Positions 1-10,033 are shown, counted from the stretch's first letter. The stretch is DNA of 29,214 bases from Candidatus Sysuimicrobiota bacterium (GCA_040289515.1 PSLI01000028.1:1-29214); one strand, 5' to 3'. Notes: generated by a model from the sequence alone, not told the origin. Translations and numbers: made by a program.

Positions 1-367
1 CCCGCAGCTCCTCCGCGTGGCGCGCGAGCTCCTCCTGCGCCTGCTCCCGAAGCCGCTGCGTCACCGGCCGCACGGAGGGCAGGGGCAGGGGCGGCGGGGG
101 CAAAGGAAGTGCGAGGGCAGCTTCCGTGCGCGCGATGCGCTGCTGTAGGTCCCGCAGCTCCCTCGCGCGGGGGTGCTCCCGCGCCACACGTTCCAGGTCC
201 ACCACGGCGACCCGGTGCGGCCGCGGCGAGCTGACCGAGGAGGGGGACGGCGTGGCCCGCTGCGCGCCGGGCTCCGGCCGGGCCAGCAGCAAAAGGGCCG
301 CCGCGGCGCCCACCACCAGGGCCGCCAGGCCGTAGGTCAGCGCCGGAATCCACCTGGCCTGCCGCAC
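1..367 (-). CDS. Skp/OmpH-like protein, second paralog; 3' part runs off the window
   Basis: Not in the ORF track. Manual translation from GTG at 367, 8 nt after the upstream stop, is open to the window edge: MRQARWIPALTYGLAALVVGAAAALLLLARPEP...RVAVVDLERVAREHPRARELRDLQQRIARTEAAL. It has a hydrophobic N-terminus, a VAVVD-x6-HP motif matching the neighbour's VGYVDMQRALDAHP, and an E/Q/R-rich helical region. Confidence 0.7.
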   Translation of the reverse strand, partial: MRQARWIPALTYGLAALVVGAAAALLLLARPEPGAQRATPSPSSVSSPRPHRVAVVDLERVAREHPRARELRDLQQRIARTEAALALPLPPPPLPLPSVRPVTQRLREQAQEELARHAEELR

Positions 368-375
368 CGCTCGGT

Positions 376-825
376 CTACCGTCCCCGCAGCTCCTGGATC
401 ACCTGCTCGGTCAGGTCCACGCCCCCGTACAGGACCACGCTGCGGTCCAGCACCACACTGGCGCCCGCCCGCTTGGCCACCCGCTCCACCGCGGCCCGGA
501 TGTCCTTGTCGAGGGCCGCCAGCAGTTCCGCACGACGTTTGAGAATCTCCTCCTGCGTCCTGCGAGCCAGGTCCGCCTGCTCCGCGGGGGATTTGTTCTG
601 TGCCAGCCGGCGCAGCTCCGCGGCCTTGGCCCGGGCGAACTGGTTCAGGGCTTCCTCCGAGCTCGCCTTCTTCGGGTGCGCGTCCAGGGCCCGCTGCATG
701 TCCACGTAGCCCACCACCAGGGTCCCGCCCGCGGGGCCGCCAACCGCAGTGGTGACCGCAGCCACGAGCAGCGCCACCGCCACCACGGCTGCCAGGATCG
801 CCAACAACCGCTTCCTCTGGTCCAC
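376..825 (-). CDS. skp: Skp/OmpH family periplasmic outer-membrane-protein chaperone
   Basis: Signal or anchor segment, VGYVDMQRALDAHP, a helical middle, and C-terminal VVLDRSVVLYGGVDLTEQVI typical of OmpH. Start moved from 858 to GTG 825, which follows AGGGAGGGAG. Confidence 0.88.
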   Translation of the reverse strand: MDQRKRLLAILAAVVAVALLVAAVTTAVGGPAGGTLVVGYVDMQRALDAHPKKASSEEALNQFARAKAAELRRLAQNKSPAEQADLARRTQEEILKRRAELLAALDKDIRAAVERVAKRAGASVVLDRSVVLYGGVDLTEQVIQELRGR

Positions 826-841
826 GAGGTCTCCCTCCCTT

Positions 842-884
842 CCCGCGCGGCTGGCCACCGCGCGGGGTAGCGTATCCTACCACA
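842..884 (-). promoter_or_regulatory. Putative internal extended -10 promoter and 5' hairpin upstream of skp
   Basis: Minus strand TGTGGTAGGAT (884-874), then a perfect 9-bp inverted repeat CCCGCGCGG-N7-CCGCGCGGG (866-842), then the RBS. Confidence 0.45.
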
Positions 885-887
885 CGG

Positions 888-2687
888 TCAGAACGGGTGC
901 CCGAAATACAGCCACGTCTGGTTCTGGCCACCCGGCCCGATGGCGTAGTCGATTCGGATGGGCCCGATGGGCGAGTTCACCAGCACCCCGACGCCGTAGC
1001 TAAACTGCCACGTGTCCACCAGGCCGCCCCCCGAGGCGGACACCCCGCCCGCGTCCGCGAACACCACCGCGGCGATGTCCTTCAGGTCCGGGAACAGCGC
1101 CCCCAGGGGCAGCCGGACCTCCACGCTGGCCACCAGGGCGCTGTTGCCCCGGTCCGACAGAACCGGGAGGCCCCGGACGCTGGACTGCCCACCGAGGGTG
1201 TACTGCTCCTGGATGGGCAAAAAGCCCGAGGAGGCCGAAGCGCGCACGCGGCCCACGAGGGTCCCCTCCCACAGGGGCAGATAGTGCACGTGCTCCGCCT
1301 GGTACTTGGCGAATTCGAAGTCCGCACCCAACAAGCGGAACGCGTAGTCCAGCGACGCCCAGGTGCGGGACCCGCGGCGGGGGTTGCGGGGCTCGTCCCG
1401 CAGATCGTAGGTGGCCTCCAGCCGGAGGGCGTGCACCAGCCCTGGGGTGAGGGGCACGGGGGAGGTGCCCTGCACCACCGTGAAGTTGGTGCGCTCGCTG
1501 CGCAGGCTCAGGACCCCGGTGAGCTCGTTGGCGAACCGGTGGGATAAGGTGGCGGACCCGCCCTCTAGACTCATGAGGTACTGCACGCCCAGCCGGGTGT
1601 CTGCCACCAGCTGGTTGGTGTCGTGCAGCTCCAGGGCCAGGGACTGGCCTCGTTCTCCGAACCACGGGTCCCGGTACTGGATCACCACGTTCTCCGCAGG
1701 CTGGCCGCCCAGCAGGCCGTCGGTAACCCCTCCCACGAGGGAGCTGACGTTCCGCTGGTAGGACAGCACCAGGGTTCGCCCCATCCCGTGCAGGTTCCGC
1801 TCGGCGAACTGCGCGCTGCCCAGGATTCCCTGCTGCGGGCTGTAGCCCAGGCCGAACCCAAACTCCCGACTGCTGCGCTCCTGCAGCTCGAGGACCAGCA
1901 GCACCCGGTCGGGGTCGCTGCCGGGCTGCGGCTGAGCCCGTACGGTCTCAAACAGACCCGTGTCGAAGACTTGTTGCAGGTCCCGGTTCACCCGCTGCAG
2001 GTTGAACACCTCGCCCGGCCGCACCGTCAGGAGCCGCTGCACGAAGGCGGGCCGGGTGCGCACCAGGCCCCGCAGCTCCACCCGCTCCAGGGTGCCCTCC
2101 CGCACCGTCACGCGCAGCACGCCGTCCTCCGTTACCTCCACGTCCGCCACGCGCACCAGCACGTAGCCCCGGTCCTGGTACAGCTTCTCCACGGCCCGGG
2201 CGCCCGCCCGCAGGTCCACGGTGTTGAGCACGCGGCCCTCCTGCACTCCCAGGACCGCCCGCAGGTCCTCCGTGGGGACCACGGTGTTCCCCGTGATCTC
2301 CACCCGGCGGATGATGGGGTTCTCCGCCACCAGGAACACCAGCTGCACCCCGTCCTCGGTTGGCTGAAGGCGAACCACCACGTCCGCGAACAGGCCGGTG
2401 GCCAGGATCTGCTCTACGTCCTGCCGGACCCGGTCCTGGTCCAGCAGCTCCCCGGCCCGGGAACCGATGGCCCCGTATACCACCTCCGGCGAGACGTTCT
2501 GCGTGCCCACCACCACGATGTCCGTGATGCGCGCGGGCCGCGGCGTGGGAGACGCTGCGGGGGAAGGTGTGGCAGTCGGAGACGGGCTCGGGGACGGCGC
2601 GGGCTGCACTTGCGCCCGGGCCCCCGACCACGCCCATGCCACGCACAGCAACACCGCAAAACACGCCGTTACCCGCAGAGCCTGCAC
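888..2687 (-). CDS. bamA: BamA/Omp85 family outer membrane protein assembly factor (about 3 POTRA domains plus beta-barrel)
   Basis: Signal peptide and Pro/Ser/Thr linker. Three POTRA-like repeats (ITDIVVVG, IRRVEITGNT, LERVELRG). Barrel motifs FAERNLHGMGR, LGGQSSVRG and SPIGPIRIDYA; ends in Phe (WLYFGHPF). Start moved from 3167 to GTG 2687, 5 nt after AAGGAGG. Confidence 0.92.
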   Translation of the reverse strand: MQALRVTACFAVLLCVAWAWSGARAQVQPAPSPSPSPTATPSPAASPTPRPARITDIVVVGTQNVSPEVVYGAIGSRAGELLDQDRVRQDVEQILATGLFADVVVRLQPTEDGVQLVFLVAENPIIRRVEITGNTVVPTEDLRAVLGVQEGRVLNTVDLRAGARAVEKLYQDRGYVLVRVADVEVTEDGVLRVTVREGTLERVELRGLVRTRPAFVQRLLTVRPGEVFNLQRVNRDLQQVFDTGLFETVRAQPQPGSDPDRVLLVLELQERSSREFGFGLGYSPQQGILGSAQFAERNLHGMGRTLVLSYQRNVSSLVGGVTDGLLGGQPAENVVIQYRDPWFGERGQSLALELHDTNQLVADTRLGVQYLMSLEGGSATLSHRFANELTGVLSLRSERTNFTVVQGTSPVPLTPGLVHALRLEATYDLRDEPRNPRRGSRTWASLDYAFRLLGADFEFAKYQAEHVHYLPLWEGTLVGRVRASASSGFLPIQEQYTLGGQSSVRGLPVLSDRGNSALVASVEVRLPLGALFPDLKDIAAVVFADAGGVSASGGGLVDTWQFSYGVGVLVNSPIGPIRIDYAIGPGGQNQTWLYFGHPF

Positions 2688-2724
2688 CCGCACCTCCTTC
2701 AACCGTCCCGGTCCGGCCGCACGG

Positions 2725-3195
2725 TCACCGGAAGGACACCGGCTGCGCCGGGAGTGTCTCGGTGTCCAGCCCTGCCTCCCGCAGGAAGGCGCGTACCCAC
2801 GCGGCGGCGTCGTCCTCGCCGCCGGCTGGGTGCCAGGCCAAGGGCGCCCCGGCGGGAGCCACCAGGGCCAGGAGGCTTCCGGGCACATAGCCCAGCGAAA
2901 GGGTCCGGCCAGAGGCGTGTGCCGTGGCTTTCTCCGAAACGGGAGCCACCGGCCACCGCAGCCCTCCCGCCAGGGCCAGCACCACCGTGACACCGGCGGC
3001 CACCAGCCACACCACCGCGGGCCTGCGCGCGGTGGGAACGGGTTCGGTGGCCGCCAGCTTCCTGGCCAGGCGTACTTCCGCCTCCGCGAGGCAAAGGTCC
3101 AACAGCGCCCGCGTGCGCGCCCCAGCCTCCCACGCCCGGCCGGCGCGTTCCAACCAGCCCACGGCACCCTGGATGTGCGTGGCCACCCGACCCAC
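2725..3195 (-). CDS. Hypothetical single-pass membrane protein (candidate anti-sigma factor)
   Basis: GGAGG RBS before GTG; fills the gap between the sigma gene and bamA. N-terminal amphipathic helices (GWLERAGRAW...LLDLCLAEAEVRLAR), one hydrophobic stretch (VVWLVAAGVTVVLALAGG), short C-terminal domain. Confidence 0.7.
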   Translation of the reverse strand: MGRVATHIQGAVGWLERAGRAWEAGARTRALLDLCLAEAEVRLARKLAATEPVPTARRPAVVWLVAAGVTVVLALAGGLRWPVAPVSEKATAHASGRTLSLGYVPGSLLALVAPAGAPLAWHPAGGEDDAAAWVRAFLREAGLDTETLPAQPVSFR

Positions 3196-3227
3196 GGGAA
3201 CCCTCCAGCTCTCCGCCGACTTCCAGC

Positions 3228-3893
3228 CTAGTATCCGCGCGGCCCGCGGTAGCTCCCCCGTGTGGGGTCATCGGCCGGCTGCGAGAATTCCAGCCAGCGC
3301 CGCAGGATGCTCAGGACCTTGTGGTGCAGGCGGTACAGGTGGGAGACGCTGACCCCCAGTTCCCGCGCGGCCTCCTGCGGGCTGCGGAGACGCAGGTAGA
3401 AGGCCGCGAGCACCGCGCGTTCGCGGGGGGGGAGCCGGACCAGGCCCTCCGCCAGTTGACCCGCCAGCACCTCGTCCTCCACGGCGTCCAGGGCCTCCGC
3501 CGCGGTGGCATCCTCCAGGCGCTCCAGCACCGCCGCGGACCCGTCGCCGTCGTCCAACCACTGCGCCTGCGCCCGCTCCCTTCGCAGGGCGTTCAGCACC
3601 GCCCCGCGGATCCGGTAGCTGGCGTAGGTGGAAAAGCGGAAACCGCGGGCGGGGTCGAAGCGCTCCACCGCGTCGATGAGGCCCACGGTTCCCTCCTGGA
3701 TCATGTCCATGAGGTGCGCCTCCGGCAGCCCCATGCCCATCACCACCTTGAACACCAGGGGCTGGTACGCCTCCACCAGGCGCGCGCGGGCCTGGAGGTC
3801 GCCCCGTTCCTTGTAGCGCTCCCACAACCGCCGCTCCTCCGTTGGGGTCAGGGTCCGCACGCGCCGCAGCTCCCGCACGTATTCGTCGAACAC
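3228..3893 (-). CDS. Alternative sigma-70 family RNA polymerase sigma factor (FliA/WhiG or sporulation-sigma-like)
   Basis: Region 2 [37 protein letters not shown]; region 4 LPPRERAVL...[29 protein letters not shown] overlaps the tamB stop codon. Confidence 0.93.
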   Translation of the reverse strand: MFDEYVRELRRVRTLTPTEERRLWERYKERGDLQARARLVEAYQPLVFKVVMGMGLPEAHLMDMIQEGTVGLIDAVERFDPARGFRFSTYASYRIRGAVLNALRRERAQAQWLDDGDGSAAVLERLEDATAAEALDAVEDEVLAGQLAEGLVRLPPRERAVLAAFYLRLRSPQEAARELGVSVSHLYRLHHKVLSILRRWLEFSQPADDPTRGSYRGPRGY

Positions 3894-3903
3894 CGCCGCC
3901 TCC

Positions 3904-6900
3904 TTACCAGGTGAAGTTGGCCCGCAGCATGACCATCCATACCCCCGCGGTGTCGTGGCTGACGGCCAACGCGTAGTGGGGGCGGAACCGGTACTCCAGG
4001 GCCCACAGCAGCCGCGTCTGGCTGTCGAACACCGTAGTCAGGGTCAGGTACAGGTCCTGCAGGAGGAACCGGCCCAGCCTCAGCCGCAGGGGCTTGTCGA
4101 CGTCGTACTCGATCCGCAGCTCCGCGAGGCCTAGCAGCTGTCGGATCCGTTGTTCCACCTCCCCCAGCACGAACCGGGCCAGTTGCTGGCGCAGCGCTGC
4201 CTCCACCTCCCCTGCCAGGGCCCGCTCGATGCCCGCTTGGGCAGCCAGCAGCTGCACGATGCGGTCGTGGGGGAGCTCCGGATCGCTCGTTAAGCGCAGC
4301 TGCGTCTGGCCCGGCGTGCCAGCCACGTGCACGAACACCGTCACGTCGCCCACCCGGGTGCGGGCGCGGGCCGAGAGCAGCGGCTGGGTGCCCCGGAACT
4401 CTTGGAACACCGCGGTGCCCTCTTCCACCACGAAGGTGGTGCCGAAGGCGCGCACCTCGCCCCCGCGGCCGGTGACGGTGCCGGACAGGGCAGGATGGGC
4501 CACGGTCCCGCCCACGTGCAGCCCGCCGCCGATCTGCAGCCGGACCGGGCCGGCCACCACGAACAGCCCCTGTCCCGCGGCCAGCTCCAGGTCCAGGTCC
4601 ACGGGGAGTGCGCTTCCGCTCCCTGCGCCCGCGGGCGGTGGGGCCGCCACCAGCTCTCCGGAAGACAGCGCCAGTCTGCCCGCGACCTGCGCCCGCCGCA
4701 ACGTGCCCGTCACCTGTGCGCTGCCATCCACCGCTCCGCGGAAGTACGGGGGAATTTCCACCCGGGCGGAATGCGCCCGCAGCTGCAGCGCGTAACGCTG
4801 CAGCTGCAACTTCTCGAAGCTGGCCTCCCCGGTGGCCTCCACCGTTCCCCCGCCTAGGTCCGCGCGGAACTGCCGGAGCGAAGCGGAGGCGTGGTCGAAC
4901 CGTACTTCTGCCTGCAGGCCCTCCACGGCCGGAGAAAGGCCCACAAGTTTCACTCGTCCGCCCTGGGTGCGCGCGAAGCCCTCCAGCTTCGGATCCGCCA
5001 CCGTGCCCCCGATCCGCAGGCTGGCCTCCAGGGGCCCCTGGGCGGCCTCCACGAAGGGCAGCAGGCGCAGGATGCCCAGGTGGGCGGACTCCGTGCTGGC
5101 CACGAAGTCCAAGGAGCTCTGCGGGTCGGCTTCCAGCCCCCTAAGCCTCAGGGGGATCCTGCCGCGCGCCTGCACCCGCTGGCCGTCCTCCTCCAGGAGC
5201 AACTGCTCCAGCTCGAGGAACCCGTCCCGGTAGATGGCCTGCACCGTGAGGCGGTCCGCCTGTGCGTGGGCGGTCCCGACCTCCTTGGCCTCCAGGGTCA
5301 GGCCCGCGACAGGGTCCTGCAGGGTGCCCGACAGCTGCACGGTGAAGTCCAGGCTGCCCACCAGGGGAGTCCGTAGGCGCGCCACGGTGGAAACCGCCGA
5401 GGCGTCCAGCCCCAAGCCAGCCACCTCTACCTCGCCTGTGCCTCTCAGGTCCGCCTGCCCCTGGGCCCGGAGCCTGCCGCGCCCGGCCGCAAGCTCCACA
5501 TCCTGCAGCTCCACCCGGCTACCGTCCAGCACCGCCCGGCCCCTTCCAGAAGGGAATCGGTACCCGCGGAACTGGCCGTCCGTGAGGGTCACGTCCAGCT
5601 CGGCCCTGGGGTGCGACAGGGGCCCAGACAGGGTCAGCTGTCCGGAGAGCCGGCCGTCCGCGTCCAGCTGCAGCCCCGCGACCCCCAACAGGGTGCGGAC
5701 CGGCGCGTGTTGCACGTCCAAGGCTAGATCCGCTGTGGGGTCCTCGGTAACCTGCAACCGCCCCCGCAGCACGTACGCCGCATCGCGGCGAGCCAGCTCG
5801 AGGGGTGCTAGCTGCAGAACCCCGCCGGACCACATCACGCGGCCCGTTGCCACATCGAACAGTTCGCCGTTCAGGCGCAGGCGGTTCGCGTGGACCTGCG
5901 CGTCCACGATCGGCTCGTGCAGGCGACCAACCAGCTGCCCCCGCACCTGCGCTTCTCCGTCCAGACGCACGTATGGGTTCTGCAGGGGGGCCAGCTCCGC
6001 CAGCTGTACGCGGTCCGCCAGGAAGGCCAGTTGCAGGTCGCCCGTGCTAAAAGCAGCCCCCGACAGCCGTACCTCCAAGGCCCCGGACCGAAGCACGGCG
6101 TCCTGTATGGCCAGCACGCCCCCCTCCCACCGGAAGCGGCCGCGGCCGCGGGAGAACGCCAGCGGGGGGGCGCGCAGATCCCACACCTCCAGCGTTGCGG
6201 AGGCGACGGGGTCCTGCAGGCTCCCTGTCACGTCCAGCTGGGCCCGCACCTGGCCGCTTGCGGGTAAGGACGTACCCAAAAGCTCCACCAGGCGAGACAG
6301 GCGCAAGCCCGGGCTTTCCACGTGCAGGCGCACGCGAGAAGCGACTCGGTCGAAATCGCCCCAGGCGCGGTACAAATCCGGCCCGTCGCGCCATCGCAGG
6401 TCAACCAGGCGCAACCGGTCCCAAGACCCATCAAGCTCCGCCAGGGCCTCGTCCCACCGCAAGGGTCCGGCAGAACCGCCACCCAGCCGCACGCGGCCGG
6501 AAAACCGAGGCGCTTGCGTCCGGCCCTCCACGCGTCCTGTGACGTCCAGCGCACCCGAGGCCCCGAATTTCAGGCCGCTCCAACCCGACAGCTCCTGGAG
6601 GGGCACAGACCGCGCGGCCACCTGCAAACGCATCTGACCCCCCACCAGCTCGCCCCACGCGGAAGCGACCAGCTCTCCTGCTTCCAGGCGTGCTGCGTGG
6701 AGTCGCAGCTGTCCAGGGGCGTACTCGAACGCCGCGCTCCAAGAGTCCACCGCCCGGCCCTGCACCTCGCCCATGCCACCCCTCACCGCGCCCGCCACCA
6801 CGGGATTCGCCGGAGGGCCGGCCAACATCAGCAAACCGCCCACACGACCGCGCAAAATCAGCGGCAGACCCAAATCGGAAAACAAAGAGGCGTCCACCCC

Positions 6901-8181
6901 TTCGAACCCTGCGGTGGCCACCAGGCGCAGGGGTGGCTCCAGCGTTACCACCGCCTGCCCATGTACCCGGCCGCCCCGCACGCGGGCAGTCGCAGACCTG
7001 ACCGAAACCGTGCCCGACCGGACCTCCACGCGGGCCGCCAGATCCCGCACGGGCTGCGATCCCACCACCAACACGGGTGCTACGAGCCCGCCCCGGACCC
7101 GCAGGGCAGGCAGAGGGCCCTCCACCCGCAGCTGCCCCTGCAGCGCACCCCGCATGGGCAAGGTGGACCCCAACAGCTCCCGCAGCTTCGCGGGGTCCGC
7201 GCCGCGGAAGGCCACGTCCAGCTCCACCCCCCCTTCTCCCACGAGCCGCACCTCACCCTCCACACGCACCGCGGTGGAGCCCACCTGCACGCGCACCGAC
7301 CGCAGCGCGAGCCACCGACCGGACACCTGCACCTCGCCCGCGGCCTGCACGCGCCACCGCGGGCTCGCAAGAGAACCCCGCACGCGGTCCATCTTCACCG
7401 TCCCGGTCAGCTCGACAGCCTGCAGGGGACCGTACGCGCGGAGGTCCGCTGCCACGGTTCCGGACTCCCAGCGCCAACGGGGATCCGCCGCAAGCCGGTT
7501 CAGCCACGGGCCCACAATGAGCCCGCGCACCCGGACCGCGAGGTCCATCACCCCTTCCTGCGCGTCCACCCAGCCAAAGACCTGCACCCGAGCCCCTCCC
7601 GGCAGCACCCGTGTGCTGGCTTGCAGGCGAAACACGGGCACGTCCGCCAGTCTCACGGTGGCCTGCACGTCCTGAGCCCACCCCCGAAGCCCACCCGCAG
7701 CCAGGTCCACCACCTGCACAACACCGCCGCTCACGTGGATCGCGGCCCGGGGCCGCTCCGCAGTGCCCGGGGGCGCCGCCCGAGCGGGGCGAGCGAGCGC
7801 CTCCACGTTCCAACGGCCGTCCGCAGCGCGCACCAGGAGTACGAAGGGCCTGACAACGCGCACCTCCCGCACCGCCTGCAGCCCCGTGCGGCCCGCCAAC
7901 CGTTCCTGCAGGAGCTCGGCGAAATCCCAGTCCACCCTGACCTCTTCGGCCCGCAACAGCCCCGGCACGCGCACCCGCTGCAGGGTGATACCCCTGGCGT
8001 CCAACCGCACTCGCTTCACCCACGCGGGGCGGGCCAGCTCCCTGCGCAACCAAGCGCTCAAAAGCTCCGCAGCCCGCTCCTCCACGAGCTGGGACCGCAC
8101 TACCGCCAGGGCTCCCACGCCGGTTGCCAGCAGCCCGACCAGCACGAAAGCGCACCAGCCCCACGCGCGGGACGTCACCAC
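3904..8181 (-). CDS. tamB: TamB/AsmA-like translocation and assembly module protein
   Basis: 1425 aa with an N-terminal TM anchor and AsmA-like start ([17 protein letters not shown]). Repeated beta-rich GxLxxP units; C-terminal [16 protein letters not shown] and beta strands ending in Trp; clustered with bamA. Confidence 0.88.
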   Translation of the reverse strand: MVTSRAWGWCAFVLVGLLATGVGALAVVRSQLVEERAAELLSAWLRRELARPAWVKRVRLDARGITLQRVRVPGLLRAEEVRVDWDFAELLQERLAGRTGLQAVREVRVVRPFVLLVRAADGRWNVEALARPARAAPPGTAERPRAAIHVSGGVVQVVDLAAGGLRGWAQDVQATVRLADVPVFRLQASTRVLPGGARVQVFGWVDAQEGVMDLAVRVRGLIVGPWLNRLAADPRWRWESGTVAADLRAYGPLQAVELTGTVKMDRVRGSLASPRWRVQAAGEVQVSGRWLALRSVRVQVGSTAVRVEGEVRLVGEGGVELDVAFRGADPAKLRELLGSTLPMRGALQGQLRVEGPLPALRVRGGLVAPVLVVGSQPVRDLAARVEVRSGTVSVRSATARVRGGRVHGQAVVTLEPPLRLVATAGFEGVDASLFSDLGLPLILRGRVGGLLMLAGPPANPVVAGAVRGGMGEVQGRAVDSWSAAFEYAPGQLRLHAARLEAGELVASAWGELVGGQMRLQVAARSVPLQELSGWSGLKFGASGALDVTGRVEGRTQAPRFSGRVRLGGGSAGPLRWDEALAELDGSWDRLRLVDLRWRDGPDLYRAWGDFDRVASRVRLHVESPGLRLSRLVELLGTSLPASGQVRAQLDVTGSLQDPVASATLEVWDLRAPPLAFSRGRGRFRWEGGVLAIQDAVLRSGALEVRLSGAAFSTGDLQLAFLADRVQLAELAPLQNPYVRLDGEAQVRGQLVGRLHEPIVDAQVHANRLRLNGELFDVATGRVMWSGGVLQLAPLELARRDAAYVLRGRLQVTEDPTADLALDVQHAPVRTLLGVAGLQLDADGRLSGQLTLSGPLSHPRAELDVTLTDGQFRGYRFPSGRGRAVLDGSRVELQDVELAAGRGRLRAQGQADLRGTGEVEVAGLGLDASAVSTVARLRTPLVGSLDFTVQLSGTLQDPVAGLTLEAKEVGTAHAQADRLTVQAIYRDGFLELEQLLLEEDGQRVQARGRIPLRLRGLEADPQSSLDFVASTESAHLGILRLLPFVEAAQGPLEASLRIGGTVADPKLEGFARTQGGRVKLVGLSPAVEGLQAEVRFDHASASLRQFRADLGGGTVEATGEASFEKLQLQRYALQLRAHSARVEIPPYFRGAVDGSAQVTGTLRRAQVAGRLALSSGELVAAPPPAGAGSGSALPVDLDLELAAGQGLFVVAGPVRLQIGGGLHVGGTVAHPALSGTVTGRGGEVRAFGTTFVVEEGTAVFQEFRGTQPLLSARARTRVGDVTVFVHVAGTPGQTQLRLTSDPELPHDRIVQLLAAQAGIERALAGEVEAALRQQLARFVLGEVEQRIRQLLGLAELRIEYDVDKPLRLRLGRFLLQDLYLTLTTVFDSQTRLLWALEYRFRPHYALAVSHDTAGVWMVMLRANFTW

Positions 8182-8227
8182 CGCCTGCCCCCGCGCCCCC
8201 GGAGGGTCCAGGGCTCACCCGGCGGCG

Positions 8228-10003
8228 TCACTCCACCACGATGGGGACCACCTGCTCGCCCTTGACCACCCACTGCGTCCGCACCAGCCGTCCGGCAAAC
8301 TCGTCGAAGTAGATGAACCGCTTCTGGGGGTCGTCGCTGGGTGGGACGCCCACGGGCACCAGCTGCAGCAGCACGTCCGTGTTGCGGCCGAAGTCCTGGA
8401 AGAACTCCAGAGCCTCCCGCAGATCCCGGAAGGTGCTGGCCGGAGGCTCGCCGCCGAGTTTGCCCGCCAGCAGAGCCGCCGGCGGCACGTCGTCCCGCTG
8501 GATCCCCGCGCTGCCCACCACCAGGAGGGCTGGACCCCGGGGGAAGTTGCGTGGGATGTCGATGTCCACCACCCGGGTCACCGCCTCGCCCCCCTGGAAA
8601 GGCCGCAGCTGCAGGCGGACCCGCAGCCGACCCCCCTGGCTAACGGTCCGGCTGGCCACCTCCGCCTCCACCACAGACACCGTGCGCCGCTCCCGGCTGA
8701 GGCGGATCTCCACCTGCAAGTCCACGGGGTTGACCGGTGCGAACTCGTTGCCGAACAGGAACCGCACCGCGTCGGGCACGTCCAGCACGGAGGCGGTGGC
8801 CACATCCTGGGCGCTGTAAAACACGTTGGTGCGCTCCACGGGGCGCGGCAGGCCTCCCCCGCGGGCCACCAGGCGCACCTCCGCGGTGCCCGCGCCGGAA
8901 CCGTCCCACGCCTGCTCCACCGCGGCCAGCACCACCTGAGGGACCAGGGCCTGCGCTAAGTCCGGCCTGCGCACCACCTGCGCGGTGCGCCGCACCGTCC
9001 GGGACCGGTCGCGGTCCACCACGGTCACCGCCACGTGGAACACGCGCGGCAACCGGTCCAGGGTCCCCGCCACCCCGGCCCCGCGATCCTGGGTAACGGT
9101 CCCCACGAGCTCCCCCAGGTCTCCCTCCTTGAAGGGGAACTCCGTGCTGCGCACCACCGTGTGCACGTAGGCCGTGGTGAGGAGGAAGTCCACGGCGCCG
9201 AACCCGAACAGCCGGTGCCCGAAGGCCAGGAAGCGGTTGCCTTTGCGGTAGGACAGGGTGCCGATGCTCCAAGCGTTTACGTCCCCCCGCACCAGCACCA
9301 CACCCACGGCACTGCCGGGCACCAGGGGCGGGGTAGGAAAGCGGCCCACCCCCCCGTAGCTCTGCACGGGCACCACATCCGCATAGCGGAACGCCTGCTG
9401 CAGAAGGCGGAAAGCTCGGTCGCTCACCCCCGACACCAGAAGGGGGCTGGCTGCGGGCACGAAATGGGGCACGTTGTCCCCGCCCGCATCCTCCCCGCGA
9501 CCGTCCGAAAGCGCCACCGCTTGCGCCCAGCGACCTCCGATGCGCACGGGTTGCTGCAACCGCACCACGCCTCTGGTCGGCTGCTGCGCCCGTTCCTCCT
9601 GCAGCAGCGCCAGCATGGTTTCCGCTGGTGTGAACAGCCCCAGGTTGCTGTCTGGCCCTGCGGACCGGTAGCCGTACGATAGGGCACCTGCAAAGCGGCC
9701 GCCGATGTACATGGGGCTTCCGCTCATACCGGAAGCCGTACCGCCGCTGCGCTGGATGGCGGGTCCAGAGGCCCGGAACAGCACCAGCCGGCCCGGGGGG
9801 CCTTCCGTGATGCCCAAAACTTCGAACTGAAACTCCTCCACCCGGGTCCCCTGCACCACCGTGCGGCCCACCCCGCGCATCCCGGGCCGGATCCGGCTCA
9901 GGGGGAACACCTCCTCGGATTCGTTCTGGGCCCAAGATCCCCGCACGGTTACGGCGGAGGAGAACAGAAGCAAGGCAGCGGCCCCGACCACCCAGCTACG
10001 CAT
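8228..10003 (-). CDS. Secreted SpoIVB-like peptidase S55 domain protein
   Basis: Signal peptide; GGTASGMSGSPMYIGGRFAGALSYG (S55 Ser motif); SIGTLSY...FLAFGH. ATG 10003 lies 7 nt after GAGGT (GTG 10012 is an alternative start). Confidence 0.85.
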   Translation of the reverse strand: MRSWVVGAAALLLFSSAVTVRGSWAQNESEEVFPLSRIRPGMRGVGRTVVQGTRVEEFQFEVLGITEGPPGRLVLFRASGPAIQRSGGTASGMSGSPMYIGGRFAGALSYGYRSAGPDSNLGLFTPAETMLALLQEERAQQPTRGVVRLQQPVRIGGRWAQAVALSDGRGEDAGGDNVPHFVPAASPLLVSGVSDRAFRLLQQAFRYADVVPVQSYGGVGRFPTPPLVPGSAVGVVLVRGDVNAWSIGTLSYRKGNRFLAFGHRLFGFGAVDFLLTTAYVHTVVRSTEFPFKEGDLGELVGTVTQDRGAGVAGTLDRLPRVFHVAVTVVDRDRSRTVRRTAQVVRRPDLAQALVPQVVLAAVEQAWDGSGAGTAEVRLVARGGGLPRPVERTNVFYSAQDVATASVLDVPDAVRFLFGNEFAPVNPVDLQVEIRLSRERRTVSVVEAEVASRTVSQGGRLRVRLQLRPFQGGEAVTRVVDIDIPRNFPRGPALLVVGSAGIQRDDVPPAALLAGKLGGEPPASTFRDLREALEFFQDFGRNTDVLLQLVPVGVPPSDDPQKRFIYFDEFAGRLVRTQWVVKGEQVVPIVVE

Positions 10004-10033
10004 GCACGGCACCTCAGCGCGAGTCTAGGACCC

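Noticed and set aside
2530..2610. Short repeats encoding PAPSPSPSPTATPSPAASPTP
   Set aside because: Ordinary low-complexity linker after the BamA signal peptide, not a DNA repeat element.
2688..3167. 160-aa N-terminal extension of BamA in the ORF track
   Set aside because: It overlaps the better-supported 2725-3195 gene, and a strong RBS and signal peptide start at 2687.
5234..8959. Long plus-strand ORFs antisense to tamB and S55 (467, 647 and 398 aa) and similar antisense ORFs elsewhere
   Set aside because: Expected from stop-codon scarcity in high-GC DNA; low-complexity translations with no motifs.
3228..10003. Sigma factor plus SpoIVB-like gene as evidence of sporulation or flagellar regulation
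   Set aside because: The context is entirely outer-membrane biogenesis; no sporulation or flagellar genes are in the window.
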